A stretch of 64,000 nucleotides of DNA from a bacterium (GCA_043798165.1 JAZDOY010000034.1:17778-81777), one strand, 5' to 3'; shown: positions 9,060 to 19,004, counted from the stretch's first letter. Translations and numbers: made by a program. The notes: generated by a model not told the origin, from the sequence alone.

Positions 9060-9093
9060 CATACACGCAATTGAACAGAATAGATTATATAAT

Positions 9094-9723
9094 ATGGAGT
9101 CTATGAAACAAAATCCTTTATTTGTCGGCATTGCAGGGGGAACAGGATCGGGCAAAACAACAGTTGCTCTCAAAATAGCCTCATTTTTCCAAGCAAATTG
9201 CGCATGTATCGCATACGACTGTTATTACAAAGATCAATCTCATCTTGCGATGGATGTTCGCAAGGAAACCAACTATGATCATCCCGACTCACTGGATACA
9301 CCTCTTCTCATTAAGCATTTACAGACACTCAAAATGGGGAAGAAAATTATGGTTCCTACGTATGATTTTTCTCAATATAATAGGTCAAAAAAGGTAACTC
9401 CCACAAGCCCGAAGAAAATCATCATTATCGAAGGAATACTTCTTTTTGAAAATACACTTTTGCGCAATATGATGGATATCAAGCTTTTTATCGATACAGA
9501 CGCAGATATACGCCTTGGACGCAGAATAAGCAGAGATATTCAAGAACGAGGGAGAACTTTAGAATTTTCTCTCAATCAATACCTCACCATGTCACGCCCT
9601 ATGCATCTTGCATTTGTGGAACCTACAAAAAAATATGCAGACATCATTCTGCCTCATGGGGGAGAGAATATTTTGGGAATAGAACTGGTCGTCAGCGCAA
9701 TACAACAATCCCTGAAAAAATAG
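9094..9723 (+). CDS. udk: uridine kinase
   Basis: Has the P-loop GIAGGTGSGKTT and the DCYYKD and NYDHPDSLD motifs typical of Udk. 209 aa. Confidence 0.9.
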   Translation: MESMKQNPLFVGIAGGTGSGKTTVALKIASFFQANCACIAYDCYYKDQSHLAMDVRKETNYDHPDSLDTPLLIKHLQTLKMGKKIMVPTYDFSQYNRSKKVTPTSPKKIIIIEGILLFENTLLRNMMDIKLFIDTDADIRLGRRISRDIQERGRTLEFSLNQYLTMSRPMHLAFVEPTKKYADIILPHGGENILGIELVVSAIQQSLKK

Positions 9724-9805
9724 TTTTGACATTGATGATGCAATCTGGTTAAATATCTTTTTGATGAGGACTAAACAAATTATTAACACTCTTTCAAAGA
9801 AATTT

Positions 9806-9833
9806 CACCGCCTGGAAGGGGCGGTTTTTTTTT
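9806..9833 (+). terminator. rho-independent terminator downstream of udk
   Basis: The stem CACCGCC/GGGCGG flanks a short loop and is followed by a run of nine T. Confidence 0.6.
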
Positions 9834-9837
9834 GCCT

Positions 9838-10785
9838 ATGCGTATGAATTCTCAATCGGCTCTTTCAAACAAATCATATATTTCTATCGATTTGTTGTCG
9901 ACAGAAATAATCGGGGAAATTTTTAAACGCACAGACAAAATGCGCGTAATGTCTTTTGCCCAAACGAGCAAAATTCTCAAAGGAAAACTTATTACACTTC
10001 TTTTTTTCGAACCTTCCTCTCGGACATTTAGCTCGTTTTCTGCAGCTATCAAAAAACTAGGAGGAATGACAATTGAATATCAAAACCCCCTGCAAACATC
10101 CTCTTCAGTAAAAGGTGAGACACTGGAGGACACAATGCGCGTCTTTGAAAACTACTCACATGCCATAGTGATGAGACACTACGAAAAAGGAACGCTCCAA
10201 CGGGCAGCTAATGCCGTATCAATTCCCGTTATAAATGCAGGAGATGGGATTGGAGAGCACCCCACACAGGCTCTTCTTGATGCATACACCATCCTCAAAA
10301 AAACAAAATCTCTCTCTAACCTCACAGGTCTCATGACAGGGGATTTGCTCAATGGGAGGACGGTACATTCGCTATTAAAACTGTTATCTCTCTATAAAAA
10401 TAACACCATCTATCTTCTTTCTCCAAAGCAACTACGACTTGAAAAAAAATTCAAAACGGAAATAGAAAAAAAAGGAGTCCGCTTAATTGAGATTTTTTCC
10501 CAAAAAGATATTCCCGCTTCTGCCGACTTTTGGTATTGGACACGAGTACAAAAAGAACGATTTACCAACAAAAAAGAGTATGAGCAGTTAAAACATAAAT
10601 TTGTCGTGACAAACAAACTTCTCAGCGAAAAAGGGAATAAAAAAATGATTCTCATGCATCCACTCCCCCGAGTGGGAGAAATCGATATCAAAATAGACAC
10701 AGATCCACGAGCAGTATATCTCACAGATCAGGTGAGAAACGGCCTGTATGTCCGCATGGCTTTATTAAGTTTGATTCTTGGATAA
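9838..10785 (+). CDS. pyrB: aspartate carbamoyltransferase catalytic subunit
   Basis: Carries FFEPSSRTFSSF (the STRT motif variant), HPTQALLD and HPLPR. Start ATG 9838 or 9844. Confidence 0.9.
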   Translation: MRMNSQSALSNKSYISIDLLSTEIIGEIFKRTDKMRVMSFAQTSKILKGKLITLLFFEPSSRTFSSFSAAIKKLGGMTIEYQNPLQTSSSVKGETLEDTMRVFENYSHAIVMRHYEKGTLQRAANAVSIPVINAGDGIGEHPTQALLDAYTILKKTKSLSNLTGLMTGDLLNGRTVHSLLKLLSLYKNNTIYLLSPKQLRLEKKFKTEIEKKGVRLIEIFSQKDIPASADFWYWTRVQKERFTNKKEYEQLKHKFVVTNKLLSEKGNKKMILMHPLPRVGEIDIKIDTDPRAVYLTDQVRNGLYVRMALLSLILG

Positions 10786-10786
10786 T

Positions 10787-11818
10787 ATGAGGGGACGATT
10801 AATTTTTCAGGATGGAACAGCCATGGAGGGGGAAAGCTTTGGATTTGAAAGAGCAAAGGCAGGCGAGATAGCTTTTTCAACCAGTATGATGGGTTATCCG
10901 GAAAGCCTCACCGATCCTTCCTATAAGGGACAAATTCTCACTCTCTCCTATCCTCTTGTTGGAAATTATGGTGTTCCGAGAAGGGAGATGTGGGAATCTG
11001 GGAGAATTCAGGTAAGCGGGCTTATTGTTTCTCAATATATAAACACTCCCTCTCATTTTCAGAGTACCATGTCGCTTTCTGAGTGGTTAATAAAGGAGCG
11101 TATTCCTGCACTTGAAATACCAGACACTCGCTTTATCGTGAAAAAAATTCGTTCCGAAGGAGCAATGCTCGTAAAGATTGAATTTGGAGAAAAAATTGAT
11201 TTTGTTGATCCAAATAAAGAAAATCTTGTAGCTCAGATTTCCATCAATTCTGTAGAAACAATTGGAAACGGGAACAAACATGTTGTGGTGCTTGACTGTG
11301 GTGTTAAGGAAAATATAATTCGAGAATTACTTAAACGGAACGTAACCGTTATTCGTGTCCCATGGGACTTTGATTTTATTGAAAAAGGAATACAGTGTGA
11401 CGGAGTGTTAATATCAAATGGGCCCGGAGACCCAAAAATGGCGATTAAAACTGTTGAAATAGTAAAGAAAGCATTGGCAAAAAAAATTCCTCTTTTAGGG
11501 ATTTGCCTTGGCAATCAGATTCTTGCGCTCGCCGGTGGGGGAGACACCTATAAGCTTCCCTTTGGCCATCGAGGTCAAAACCAACCATGTTCACTTGTGG
11601 GAAGTAAGACATGTTATGTCACCACCCAAAATCATGGATTCGCGATCGGAAAAATTCCCGCGGGTTTTAAACCTTGGTTCATCAACTGTAATGACAGAAC
11701 AAATGAGGGAATCATCCATAAAACACTGCCGTTTATGTCCGTACAGTTTCACCCCGAAGCGGCGCCGGGACCCGTGGATACTTCTTGGATTTTTGACCAA
11801 TTTTTGGATATATTATGA
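10787..11818 (+). CDS. carA: carbamoyl-phosphate synthase small (glutaminase) subunit
   Basis: Has the N-terminal CPSase small-chain domain and a class I GATase with the nucleophile elbow GICLGNQ and the distal motif HPE. It is tightly packed after pyrB. Confidence 0.9.
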   Translation: MRGRLIFQDGTAMEGESFGFERAKAGEIAFSTSMMGYPESLTDPSYKGQILTLSYPLVGNYGVPRREMWESGRIQVSGLIVSQYINTPSHFQSTMSLSEWLIKERIPALEIPDTRFIVKKIRSEGAMLVKIEFGEKIDFVDPNKENLVAQISINSVETIGNGNKHVVVLDCGVKENIIRELLKRNVTVIRVPWDFDFIEKGIQCDGVLISNGPGDPKMAIKTVEIVKKALAKKIPLLGICLGNQILALAGGGDTYKLPFGHRGQNQPCSLVGSKTCYVTTQNHGFAIGKIPAGFKPWFINCNDRTNEGIIHKTLPFMSVQFHPEAAPGPVDTSWIFDQFLDIL

Positions 11819-14800
11819 AAAAAAAATATAAAAAAATACTCATATTAGGCTCTGGGGCACTGAAAATAGGGCAAGCAGGGGAGTTTGATTATTCCGGCAG
11901 CCAGGCAATCAAGGTTTTTAAGGAAGAAGGAATAAAAACAGTGCTTATCAACCCCAATATTGCAACCATTCAAACGTCCCATGAACTTGCAGACACCATT
12001 TATTTTCTTCCCGTCACGGCGGAATTTGTGACCGAAGTGATAAAAAAGGAAAAGCCGGATGGATTAGTCCTCTCATTTGGAGGGCAAACTGCACTCAACT
12101 GCGGCATGGAGCTTCATAAAAAAGGGACTTTGAAAAAATTTCATGTAAGCGTTTTAGGGACAGCCGTATCATCCATTATTCTCACTGAAGACAGGGCAAA
12201 GTTTGCTCAACATCTCCATAAAATCGGAGTCGCGACGCCAATAAGCTTTGCCGTCGCAACAGTTGAAGCGGGAATGCAAAAAGCAAAAGAGATAGGGTAT
12301 CCGGTGATGATCCGAGCGGGATTTTCCCTCGGCGGCCAAAAATCTGGAGTTGCATATACGGAAAAAGAATGTGGGGAAATTGCCACGGAGGCGCTTGCAT
12401 TTTCTCCCCAAATACTTATTGAAAAATACCTGCACCACTATAAGGAAATTGAATATGAAGTGGTACGTGACCGGTATGACAACTGTATTACTGTATGTAA
12501 CATGGAAAATATGGATCCGCTGGGTATTCATACGGGAGAGTCGATTGTGGTAGCGCCAAGCCAAACTTTGAGCAACTATGAATATCACGAACTTCGTCGA
12601 CTCTCAATTGAAATGGTACGAAGTCTTGATATCGTGGGAGAATGTAATGTGCAGTTTGCTCTTAACCCCTCGCCTCAGGGAAAGACATTTGAATATTACG
12701 TCATCGAGGTAAATGCACGACTTTCACGTTCTTCCGCTCTTGCCTCAAAGGCAACGGGATATCCCCTAGCTTATGTAGGAGCAAAGCTCATTTTGGGATA
12801 TTCCCTAAACGAAATCAAAAACCAAGTAACCAAAACCACGCAATCGTATTTTGAACCGGCATTGGATTATATTGTTGTGAAGATCCCCCGTTGGGACATG
12901 GACAAATTTAAAGGAACGACGGAAAAAATTGGGAGTGCAATGAAATCTGTCGGTGAAGTTATGGCGATTGGACGAAGTTTTGAAGAAGCTATCCAAAAAG
13001 GAGTTCGGATGCTTGATATCGGAGTAAGTGGTGTTACTGATATGTCTAAAACTCCCGCAGATTTAAACGTAGGAGAACATATTGCTCAGGCAAATTCCAA
13101 ACGGTTATTTTTTCTCATTAAGGCTCTACAACAAGGCATATCAACTAAAAACCTATATAAACTAAGCGGTATTGATCCGTGGTTTTTAGAACGACTTAAA
13201 GTTGTTGTTGAAGCAGAAAATAAGTTGATCAAAAAACCCATATTAGACCGTCAAAACACGACACTATTAAAAAATTTGGGGTTTTCTGATAAACGAATTG
13301 GTGAGATTGTGAGGAAAAAGGAGTTGGAAGTGCGCCGGCTCAGAAAATCATGGGGAATTACCCCCTCCATTTTTCAAATAGACACCCTCGCAGGAGAATT
13401 CCCCGCAAAAACTAACTACCTCTACACAACCTATGGCGGCTCTCACAACGATGTTACTCCTTTAGGAAAGAGGGGAGTGATGGTGCTTGGGAGCGGCCCC
13501 TATCGAATTGGCTCTTCCGTCGAGTTTGACTGGACATGTGTCAACAGCTCACTTGCACTCAAAAAGTACAAGAAACAATCCATTATCGTTAATTGCAATC
13601 CAGAGACAGTTTCCACTGACTATGACATGTCAGACAGACTTTATTTTGAAGAACTCTCATTTGAACGAGTTGCCGATATTTATGAATTTGAAGGATCAGA
13701 TTTCATTATTCTTTCAGTCGGTGGTCAAACACCCAATACCATTGCGCAAAAGGTTCATTCATACGGTATTCCCATTCTGGGAACGAGAGCAGAGGATATA
13801 GATCGTGCAGAAGACCGTAATAAGTTTTCCACTCTTCTTGACAGTCTCACAATCAAGCAGCCTCCTTGGAATAGTTTTGCCGATATGAAAAGTGCCCTTC
13901 TATTTGCGGCTGAGGTGGGATATCCTGTGCTTATTCGTCCCTCATACGTTCTATCAGGAGCTGCAATGAATTTATGTTATAGCAAGCTTGATTTACAGCA
14001 TTTTATCCAAAAGGCAACCGCAATAAACAAAAAACATCCAGTGATGATCTCAAAATTTATTTCTAATGCTCGAGAAATTGAATTTGACGGGGTAGCAGAA
14101 AAGGGTGTGGTAAAGGTATACGCAATAGCTAACCATATTGAACACGCCGGAGTACACTCGGGTGATGCAACAATCGTGTATCCAGCAGAGCGTGTGCGCT
14201 ATCACAGTGGCGCTCGGATGATTGAAATTGCTTCACAGCTCTCTAAAGCTCTCAATATCACCGGTCCATTTAATATACAGTTTATGGTAAAAGACAATAT
14301 CGTTTACGTGATTGAAATGAACCTGCGATCTTCCCGTACATTCCCTTTCATCTCAAAAGTAACTGGAGTTAATTTTGCTGGAGTGCTCGTTGATAGCTTC
14401 TTTGGGAAAGCGAAGACATATACAATACCGTATCCGGACTTTGTTGCAGTTAAAGCTCCCCAATTTTCGTTTTCACGCATGGAAAGCGCGGATCCGGTAC
14501 TTCGTGTTGAGATGTCCTCAACAGGCGAAGTTGCTTGTTTTGGTGAAACAGCTGAGGAAGCGTACCTTAAGAGCCTTATTTCCACTGGTTTCTCACTCAA
14601 AGAAAAATCTGCGCTTATCACGGTTGGAGGAGACGAGAATAAGCTTCGTTTTGCAGAAAGCGTATGGCGCTTAAAAAATATGGGGTTTACGCTCTACGCA
14701 ACACACAATACTCACCTATTTCTCAAGTCAAAAGGAGTGCAGACGAAACTGGTGTCAAAAGTATATGAGGGAAAACGGCCCAACGTTGTGGATGTTATCA

Positions 14801-15024
14801 AAGATCATAAAGTATCTCTCGTGATCAATCTCAGCGAAGATTATCATAATAGTTCCCTCTATAGAAAGGAGGGAACGGATGGATATCTTATTCGCCGCGC
14901 AACCGTTGATAATAATATTCCACTGATCACAGACCTTAATGTTGCCCGCTTTTTTGTGAAAGCGATAGACAAATATGAACTCAAAGATCTCCAAATTAAA
15001 AGTTGGAAAGAATATATAAAATAA
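11815..15024 (+). CDS. carB: carbamoyl-phosphate synthase large subunit
   Basis: 1069 aa with duplicated ATP-grasp halves (EVNARLSRSSALASKATG and EMNLRSSRTFPFISKVTG) and a C-terminal MGS-like domain. It has an ATGA overlap with carA. Confidence 0.97.
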   Translation: MKKKYKKILILGSGALKIGQAGEFDYSGSQAIKVFKEEGIKTVLINPNIATIQTSHELADTIYFLPVTAEFVTEVIKKEKPDGLVLSFGGQTALNCGMELHKKGTLKKFHVSVLGTAVSSIILTEDRAKFAQHLHKIGVATPISFAVATVEAGMQKAKEIGYPVMIRAGFSLGGQKSGVAYTEKECGEIATEALAFSPQILIEKYLHHYKEIEYEVVRDRYDNCITVCNMENMDPLGIHTGESIVVAPSQTLSNYEYHELRRLSIEMVRSLDIVGECNVQFALNPSPQGKTFEYYVIEVNARLSRSSALASKATGYPLAYVGAKLILGYSLNEIKNQVTKTTQSYFEPALDYIVVKIPRWDMDKFKGTTEKIGSAMKSVGEVMAIGRSFEEAIQKGVRMLDIGVSGVTDMSKTPADLNVGEHIAQANSKRLFFLIKALQQGISTKNLYKLSGIDPWFLERLKVVVEAENKLIKKPILDRQNTTLLKNLGFSDKRIGEIVRKKELEVRRLRKSWGITPSIFQIDTLAGEFPAKTNYLYTTYGGSHNDVTPLGKRGVMVLGSGPYRIGSSVEFDWTCVNSSLALKKYKKQSIIVNCNPETVSTDYDMSDRLYFEELSFERVADIYEFEGSDFIILSVGGQTPNTIAQKVHSYGIPILGTRAEDIDRAEDRNKFSTLLDSLTIKQPPWNSFADMKSALLFAAEVGYPVLIRPSYVLSGAAMNLCYSKLDLQHFIQKATAINKKHPVMISKFISNAREIEFDGVAEKGVVKVYAIANHIEHAGVHSGDATIVYPAERVRYHSGARMIEIASQLSKALNITGPFNIQFMVKDNIVYVIEMNLRSSRTFPFISKVTGVNFAGVLVDSFFGKAKTYTIPYPDFVAVKAPQFSFSRMESADPVLRVEMSSTGEVACFGETAEEAYLKSLISTGFSLKEKSALITVGGDENKLRFAESVWRLKNMGFTLYATHNTHLFLKSKGVQTKLVSKVYEGKRPNVVDVIKDHKVSLVINLSEDYHNSSLYRKEGTDGYLIRRATVDNNIPLITDLNVARFFVKAIDKYELKDLQIKSWKEYIK

Positions 15025-15026
15025 AC

Positions 15027-16007
15027 ATGATAACGCTGCCAGGACTCATAGATATGCATGTACATCTGCGTGATCCTGGACAAACAGAAAAAGAAGATTT
15101 TTCGACCGGTACTCAGGCTGCAAGAGCGGGAGGGTTTGCGATTGTGGCTGACATGCCAAATAACACACTTCCTATTTTTACCCATGAACGATTGCAAGAA
15201 AAAATAAAGATGGCAAAAGAAAAAGCCCATTGCACAGTGCTTTTTTATTTTGGCACAATAGGAGACAACTTAAAAGAATTTAAAAAAGTATATTCCTCTG
15301 TTGCCGGACTTAAAGTATATCTGGATAACACCACAGGAGGATATATTCTCAGTACAGAAAAACTTCTTTCAGTCTTTAAGGCGTGGAAATCGAAAAAACC
15401 CATTTTAGTTCACTGCGAAAACGAACATATCAATACACTCATTGATGTGATACGAAAAACAAAGAAACAAACGCATGTCTGCCACATCCATTCACGCGTA
15501 GTGCTTGAGGCTATTATGGCTGCAAAACGGGAAAAGCTCATTATCACCTGTGGTGTGACGCCACACCATTTATTTTTAACGAGTAAAGACGTTAAGCGAC
15601 TAGGGTCATTTGGAATGATGAAACCACCGCTCATGCAAAAGAAAGATGTTTTATATCTGTGGAAGCATCTGGATGATATTGATGTTATTGAGTCTGATCA
15701 CGCACCTCACACAAAAAAGGAAAAAGAATGTACCACGCCACCATTTGGAGTGCCGGGGCTTGAAACAACTCTTCCTCTTCTTCTGACGGCAGTTAGTGAA
15801 GGACGAATGACGATTGAAGACATAAAACGGCTCTGTTATGAGGGGCCTCGTCGTATTTTACATATAGAAGCTATTAATACCGGTACTATTTACATCGATA
15901 TGGGTATTCGTTATACGATTCGTGGAAAAAATATGCACACGAAATGTAAATGGACGCCGTTTGAAGGAAGAATGGTAAAAGGAAAGATAGTGAAGAGAGT
16001 CAATTAA
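15027..16007 (+). CDS. pyrC: dihydroorotase
   Basis: Has the metal motif DMHVHLRDPG and later DHAPH. Its position in the pyr operon supports the call. The start was set at ATG 15027, just after the carB stop. Confidence 0.85.
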   Translation: MITLPGLIDMHVHLRDPGQTEKEDFSTGTQAARAGGFAIVADMPNNTLPIFTHERLQEKIKMAKEKAHCTVLFYFGTIGDNLKEFKKVYSSVAGLKVYLDNTTGGYILSTEKLLSVFKAWKSKKPILVHCENEHINTLIDVIRKTKKQTHVCHIHSRVVLEAIMAAKREKLIITCGVTPHHLFLTSKDVKRLGSFGMMKPPLMQKKDVLYLWKHLDDIDVIESDHAPHTKKEKECTTPPFGVPGLETTLPLLLTAVSEGRMTIEDIKRLCYEGPRRILHIEAINTGTIYIDMGIRYTIRGKNMHTKCKWTPFEGRMVKGKIVKRVN

Positions 16008-16022
16008 TAATTATTTATTTGT

Positions 16023-16934
16023 ATGAAAACAACAGTTTCATTTTGTCATGTTACGTTTCCTACACCATTGATATCTGTATCGGGTGTTGTTGTTGACGTT
16101 CCTCAAATAATCAAACTCGCACACTTAAAAGGAGTTGGAGGAGTTACGACTAAATCGGTGAGTATCTTGCCGCGAGAGGGAAACCCCATTCCCAGAGTTG
16201 CCAGTTTTGGGATAGGCTATATAAATTCTGTTGGACTGCGAAACCCCGGTATCAAAGCAGCTATCTTAGAGATGAAGGAACTAAAAAATGAAATTAAAAA
16301 GCCCATCATTGCATCCATTTTTGCATTTCAAATGATGGAATTTCCCCTATTAGCAAGTGAGATAGCAAAAAGTAAACCAGATTTTATTGAACTCAATTTA
16401 TCTTGTCCCAATGTAGATGATGAAATTGGGAGATCGTTTGCAACCGACCCGCTTCTTTCTGCAATTGCCGTGATGGAGGTAAAAAAAGTGGTAAAGAACA
16501 TTCCTATTATCGCAAAGCTTACACCGAATACGCCAGATTTAAAACGAGTCGCACACGAGGTCGAAGAGGCTGGAGCCGATGCGATATCGGCAATTAATAC
16601 CGTGGGTCCAGGAATAGTTATCGATTTAAAAAGGAGAAAACCTATTTTGGGCAACAGAGTTGGAGGGATTTCTGGTCGAGCAATAAAACCAATCGCACTT
16701 CGGTGCGTCAATGACATCTATAAAACAGTTAATATCCCAATAATTGGCATGGGAGGAATTTCAACAGGCAAGGATGCAATCGAAATGATCATGGCAGGAG
16801 CGACTCTCGTTGGAATAGGATCAGCAATATACCAAGGTGGGCAACAGGTATTTAACGTTATTAACGATGAAATGAAAGAATATCTAAAGGCAGAAAAAAT
16901 AAATTCATTAAAAAAAATTATCGGTATAATTTAA
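16023..16934 (+). CDS. pyrD: dihydroorotate dehydrogenase, class 1
   Basis: Has the class-1 catalytic Cys motif ELNLSCPN and the FMN-binding motifs GGISGRAIKP and GMGGISTGKDA. No pyrK-like gene is adjacent. Confidence 0.9.
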   Translation: MKTTVSFCHVTFPTPLISVSGVVVDVPQIIKLAHLKGVGGVTTKSVSILPREGNPIPRVASFGIGYINSVGLRNPGIKAAILEMKELKNEIKKPIIASIFAFQMMEFPLLASEIAKSKPDFIELNLSCPNVDDEIGRSFATDPLLSAIAVMEVKKVVKNIPIIAKLTPNTPDLKRVAHEVEEAGADAISAINTVGPGIVIDLKRRKPILGNRVGGISGRAIKPIALRCVNDIYKTVNIPIIGMGGISTGKDAIEMIMAGATLVGIGSAIYQGGQQVFNVINDEMKEYLKAEKINSLKKIIGII

Positions 16935-16935
16935 T

Positions 16936-17463
16936 ATGCTGTTTAAACCATTTCTTACTGAAATAAACAAAGTTATGCGAAAAATCGATACTCATGGCGT
17001 TGATACATTTGTTTCTGAAATTAAACAAGCTAAACGGGTATTTGTCATTGGCGTTGGCAGATCTGGATTGGTGGCAAAAAACCTAGCAATGCGATTAACT
17101 CGGATACATAAACAAACATATGTTATTTATGAGACAGTGAATCCAAAAATGAGAAAAGGCGATCTGTTGATCGCCATTTCCGGATCAGGAGAAACGACAG
17201 ATATAATTGACAGTGTAAAAATTTCTCGGATGATGGGGACAAAAGTGCTTGGCCTTACAGCGGATATGCAATCGCCTTTGGCAAAACTAGCTCATTATTG
17301 TATCAATATTCCTGCAAAAATACCCTCACGATTGGCAAGCCACTACCATTTGAGAGAATTGATTGGAGTACCAGAACGTTCAGCAACAAAATCATTATTC
17401 GAGATATGCGCCCTCATATTTGTTGAGGTTGGAGTCAGTAAATTAGATAATATCGAAGAGTAA
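16936..17463 (+). CDS. SIS-domain protein, 6-phospho-3-hexuloisomerase (PHI/HxlB)-like
   Basis: VFVIGVGRSGLVAKNLAMRL and DLLIAISGSGETTD match the single-SIS PHI pattern. 175 aa. Confidence 0.7.
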   Translation: MLFKPFLTEINKVMRKIDTHGVDTFVSEIKQAKRVFVIGVGRSGLVAKNLAMRLTRIHKQTYVIYETVNPKMRKGDLLIAISGSGETTDIIDSVKISRMMGTKVLGLTADMQSPLAKLAHYCINIPAKIPSRLASHYHLRELIGVPERSATKSLFEICALIFVEVGVSKLDNIEE

Positions 17464-17488
17464 GCTATTATAAATTATTATTTAACCT

Positions 17489-18148
17489 ATGATATATAAT
17501 CAAAAAATTGCAGAAAAAACAGCAAAGCTTTTATTAGGAATAAAGGCAGTCACTTTCCGATTTGATCCTCCTTACACATTCACCAGTGGTCTCAAAAGCC
17601 CCATTTATTTAGACAATCGGTTAGTGATGTCACACCCTTCTGTAAGGAGTACAATAGTCAATAGCTATATTTTAGTACTAAAAGAGAAAATCGGATTATC
17701 GAATGTTAACTACGTATCAGCTACGGCAAGTGCGGCTATTCCTCAAGCCTCGTTTGTAGCATATAAATTAAATATACCAATGGTCTTTGTCAGACCAACA
17801 ACAAAAACATATGGCAAGGGAAATAAAGTTGAGGGGTACCTTAAACCGGGAAGCAAGGTGGTAATAATCGAAGATCACATATCAACCGCAGTAAGTGTAT
17901 CCGGTAATGCACAATCAATAAAAGAGCTAAAAGGAAAAATTAAATATTGTATAGCCACAACAACATATGAAACAAAAAAATCTGAAGAATTATTAAAAGA
18001 AAATAACGTAAAATTAATCGTTCTTACAACAGGAAAAATAATTGTTGAGCAGGCATTTAAAAAGGGACTGCTGACTGAAGCACAAAAAAAATCAGTGGAT
18101 CTGTGGTTTCAAGATCCACCGAATTGGGAGAACGTAACTTTGAGGTAA
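17489..18148 (+). CDS. pyrE: orotate phosphoribosyltransferase
   Basis: Has the PRPP-binding loop KVVIIEDHISTAVS. The type I PRTase layout and operon position support the call. Confidence 0.85.
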   Translation: MIYNQKIAEKTAKLLLGIKAVTFRFDPPYTFTSGLKSPIYLDNRLVMSHPSVRSTIVNSYILVLKEKIGLSNVNYVSATASAAIPQASFVAYKLNIPMVFVRPTTKTYGKGNKVEGYLKPGSKVVIIEDHISTAVSVSGNAQSIKELKGKIKYCIATTTYETKKSEELLKENNVKLIVLTTGKIIVEQAFKKGLLTEAQKKSVDLWFQDPPNWENVTLR

Positions 18149-18179
18149 AAAAAATTATCAATTCATTAAATAAACAATA

Positions 18180-19004
18180 ATGAATATCATCGATAAATTA
18201 AATAACAAAATTGAAAAGGTAGATTCTCTTGTCTGTGTGGGGTTGGATAGTGCAATTGAAAAACTCCCATCTCATTTACAAAACGAACGATATCCTCAAT
18301 TTGCATTCAATAAAGCCATTATTGACGCTACAGCGACATTCGTATGTGCTTATAAGCCAAACAGTGCCTTTTATGAAGCGCGAGGAGAGAAGGGGCTTAA
18401 AGAGCTTAAAATGACCTTTGATTATATCCATACCACGTATCCTGGAATTGTGACAATTCTTGATGCAAAACGGGCAGACATTGGCTCAACAAATGAAGGG
18501 TATGTAAAATACATTTTTGATTATTTGGGCGCCGACTGCGTAACACTTCATCCCTATTTAGGAAAAGAGGCACTTGAACCATTTTTACAAAGGGAAGACA
18601 AGGCAAGTATTATTTTGTGCAGAACGTCAAATCCCGGGGCAGGGGAACTACAGGATCTAAAAGTAAAGAACAACCCGTTATATATTCATGTGGCGCGCTT
18701 GGTTTCAAAAACGTGGAACAAAAACAATAATTGCATGCTTGTTGTGGGAGCAACCTATCCTGAAGAAATGAAAAAGGTCCGCGCAACGGTTGGAGATGTG
18801 CCATTTCTTGTACCGGGTATCGGAGCACAAGGAGGGGATGTAGAAAAAACGGTAAAAGCGGGAATGGACGACAGAAAAAGAGGAATGATCATAAACTCCG
18901 CCCGAGGTATTATTTTTGCCTCAAAGGGAGAGGATTTTGCTCAAAGAGCGGGAGAGGAAGCACAAAAACTCAGGGACGAGATAAATAAATATAGACGAAC
19001 ATAA
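18180..19004 (+). CDS. pyrF: orotidine 5'-phosphate decarboxylase, type 2
   Basis: Carries CVGLDS, YKPNSAFYE, DAKRADIGST, CRTSNPG and PGIGAQGG. Confidence 0.9.
   Translation: MNIIDKLNNKIEKVDSLVCVGLDSAIEKLPSHLQNERYPQFAFNKAIIDATATFVCAYKPNSAFYEARGEKGLKELKMTFDYIHTTYPGIVTILDAKRADIGSTNEGYVKYIFDYLGADCVTLHPYLGKEALEPFLQREDKASIILCRTSNPGAGELQDLKVKNNPLYIHVARLVSKTWNKNNNCMLVVGATYPEEMKKVRATVGDVPFLVPGIGAQGGDVEKTVKAGMDDRKRGMIINSARGIIFASKGEDFAQRAGEEAQKLRDEINKYRRT

Noticed and set aside
8918-9060. A second complete tRNA gene upstream of tRNA-Leu.
   Set aside because: Only the acceptor 5' strand and D-arm sequence are present, and they are split. No anticodon stem-loop, variable arm or T arm can be drawn. It is treated as a fragment or pseudogene.
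12169-12588. Antisense or overlapping ORFs inside well-supported genes. Examples are 687-1013, 4469-4795, 12169-12588, 14304-14621, 16328-16717, 21945-22274, 24973-25335, 47336-47701, 56816-57256 and 61405-61740.
   Set aside because: They lie opposite to or out of frame with genes that have strong family motifs. They have low-complexity or atypical composition and no motifs of their own, so they are treated as spurious.
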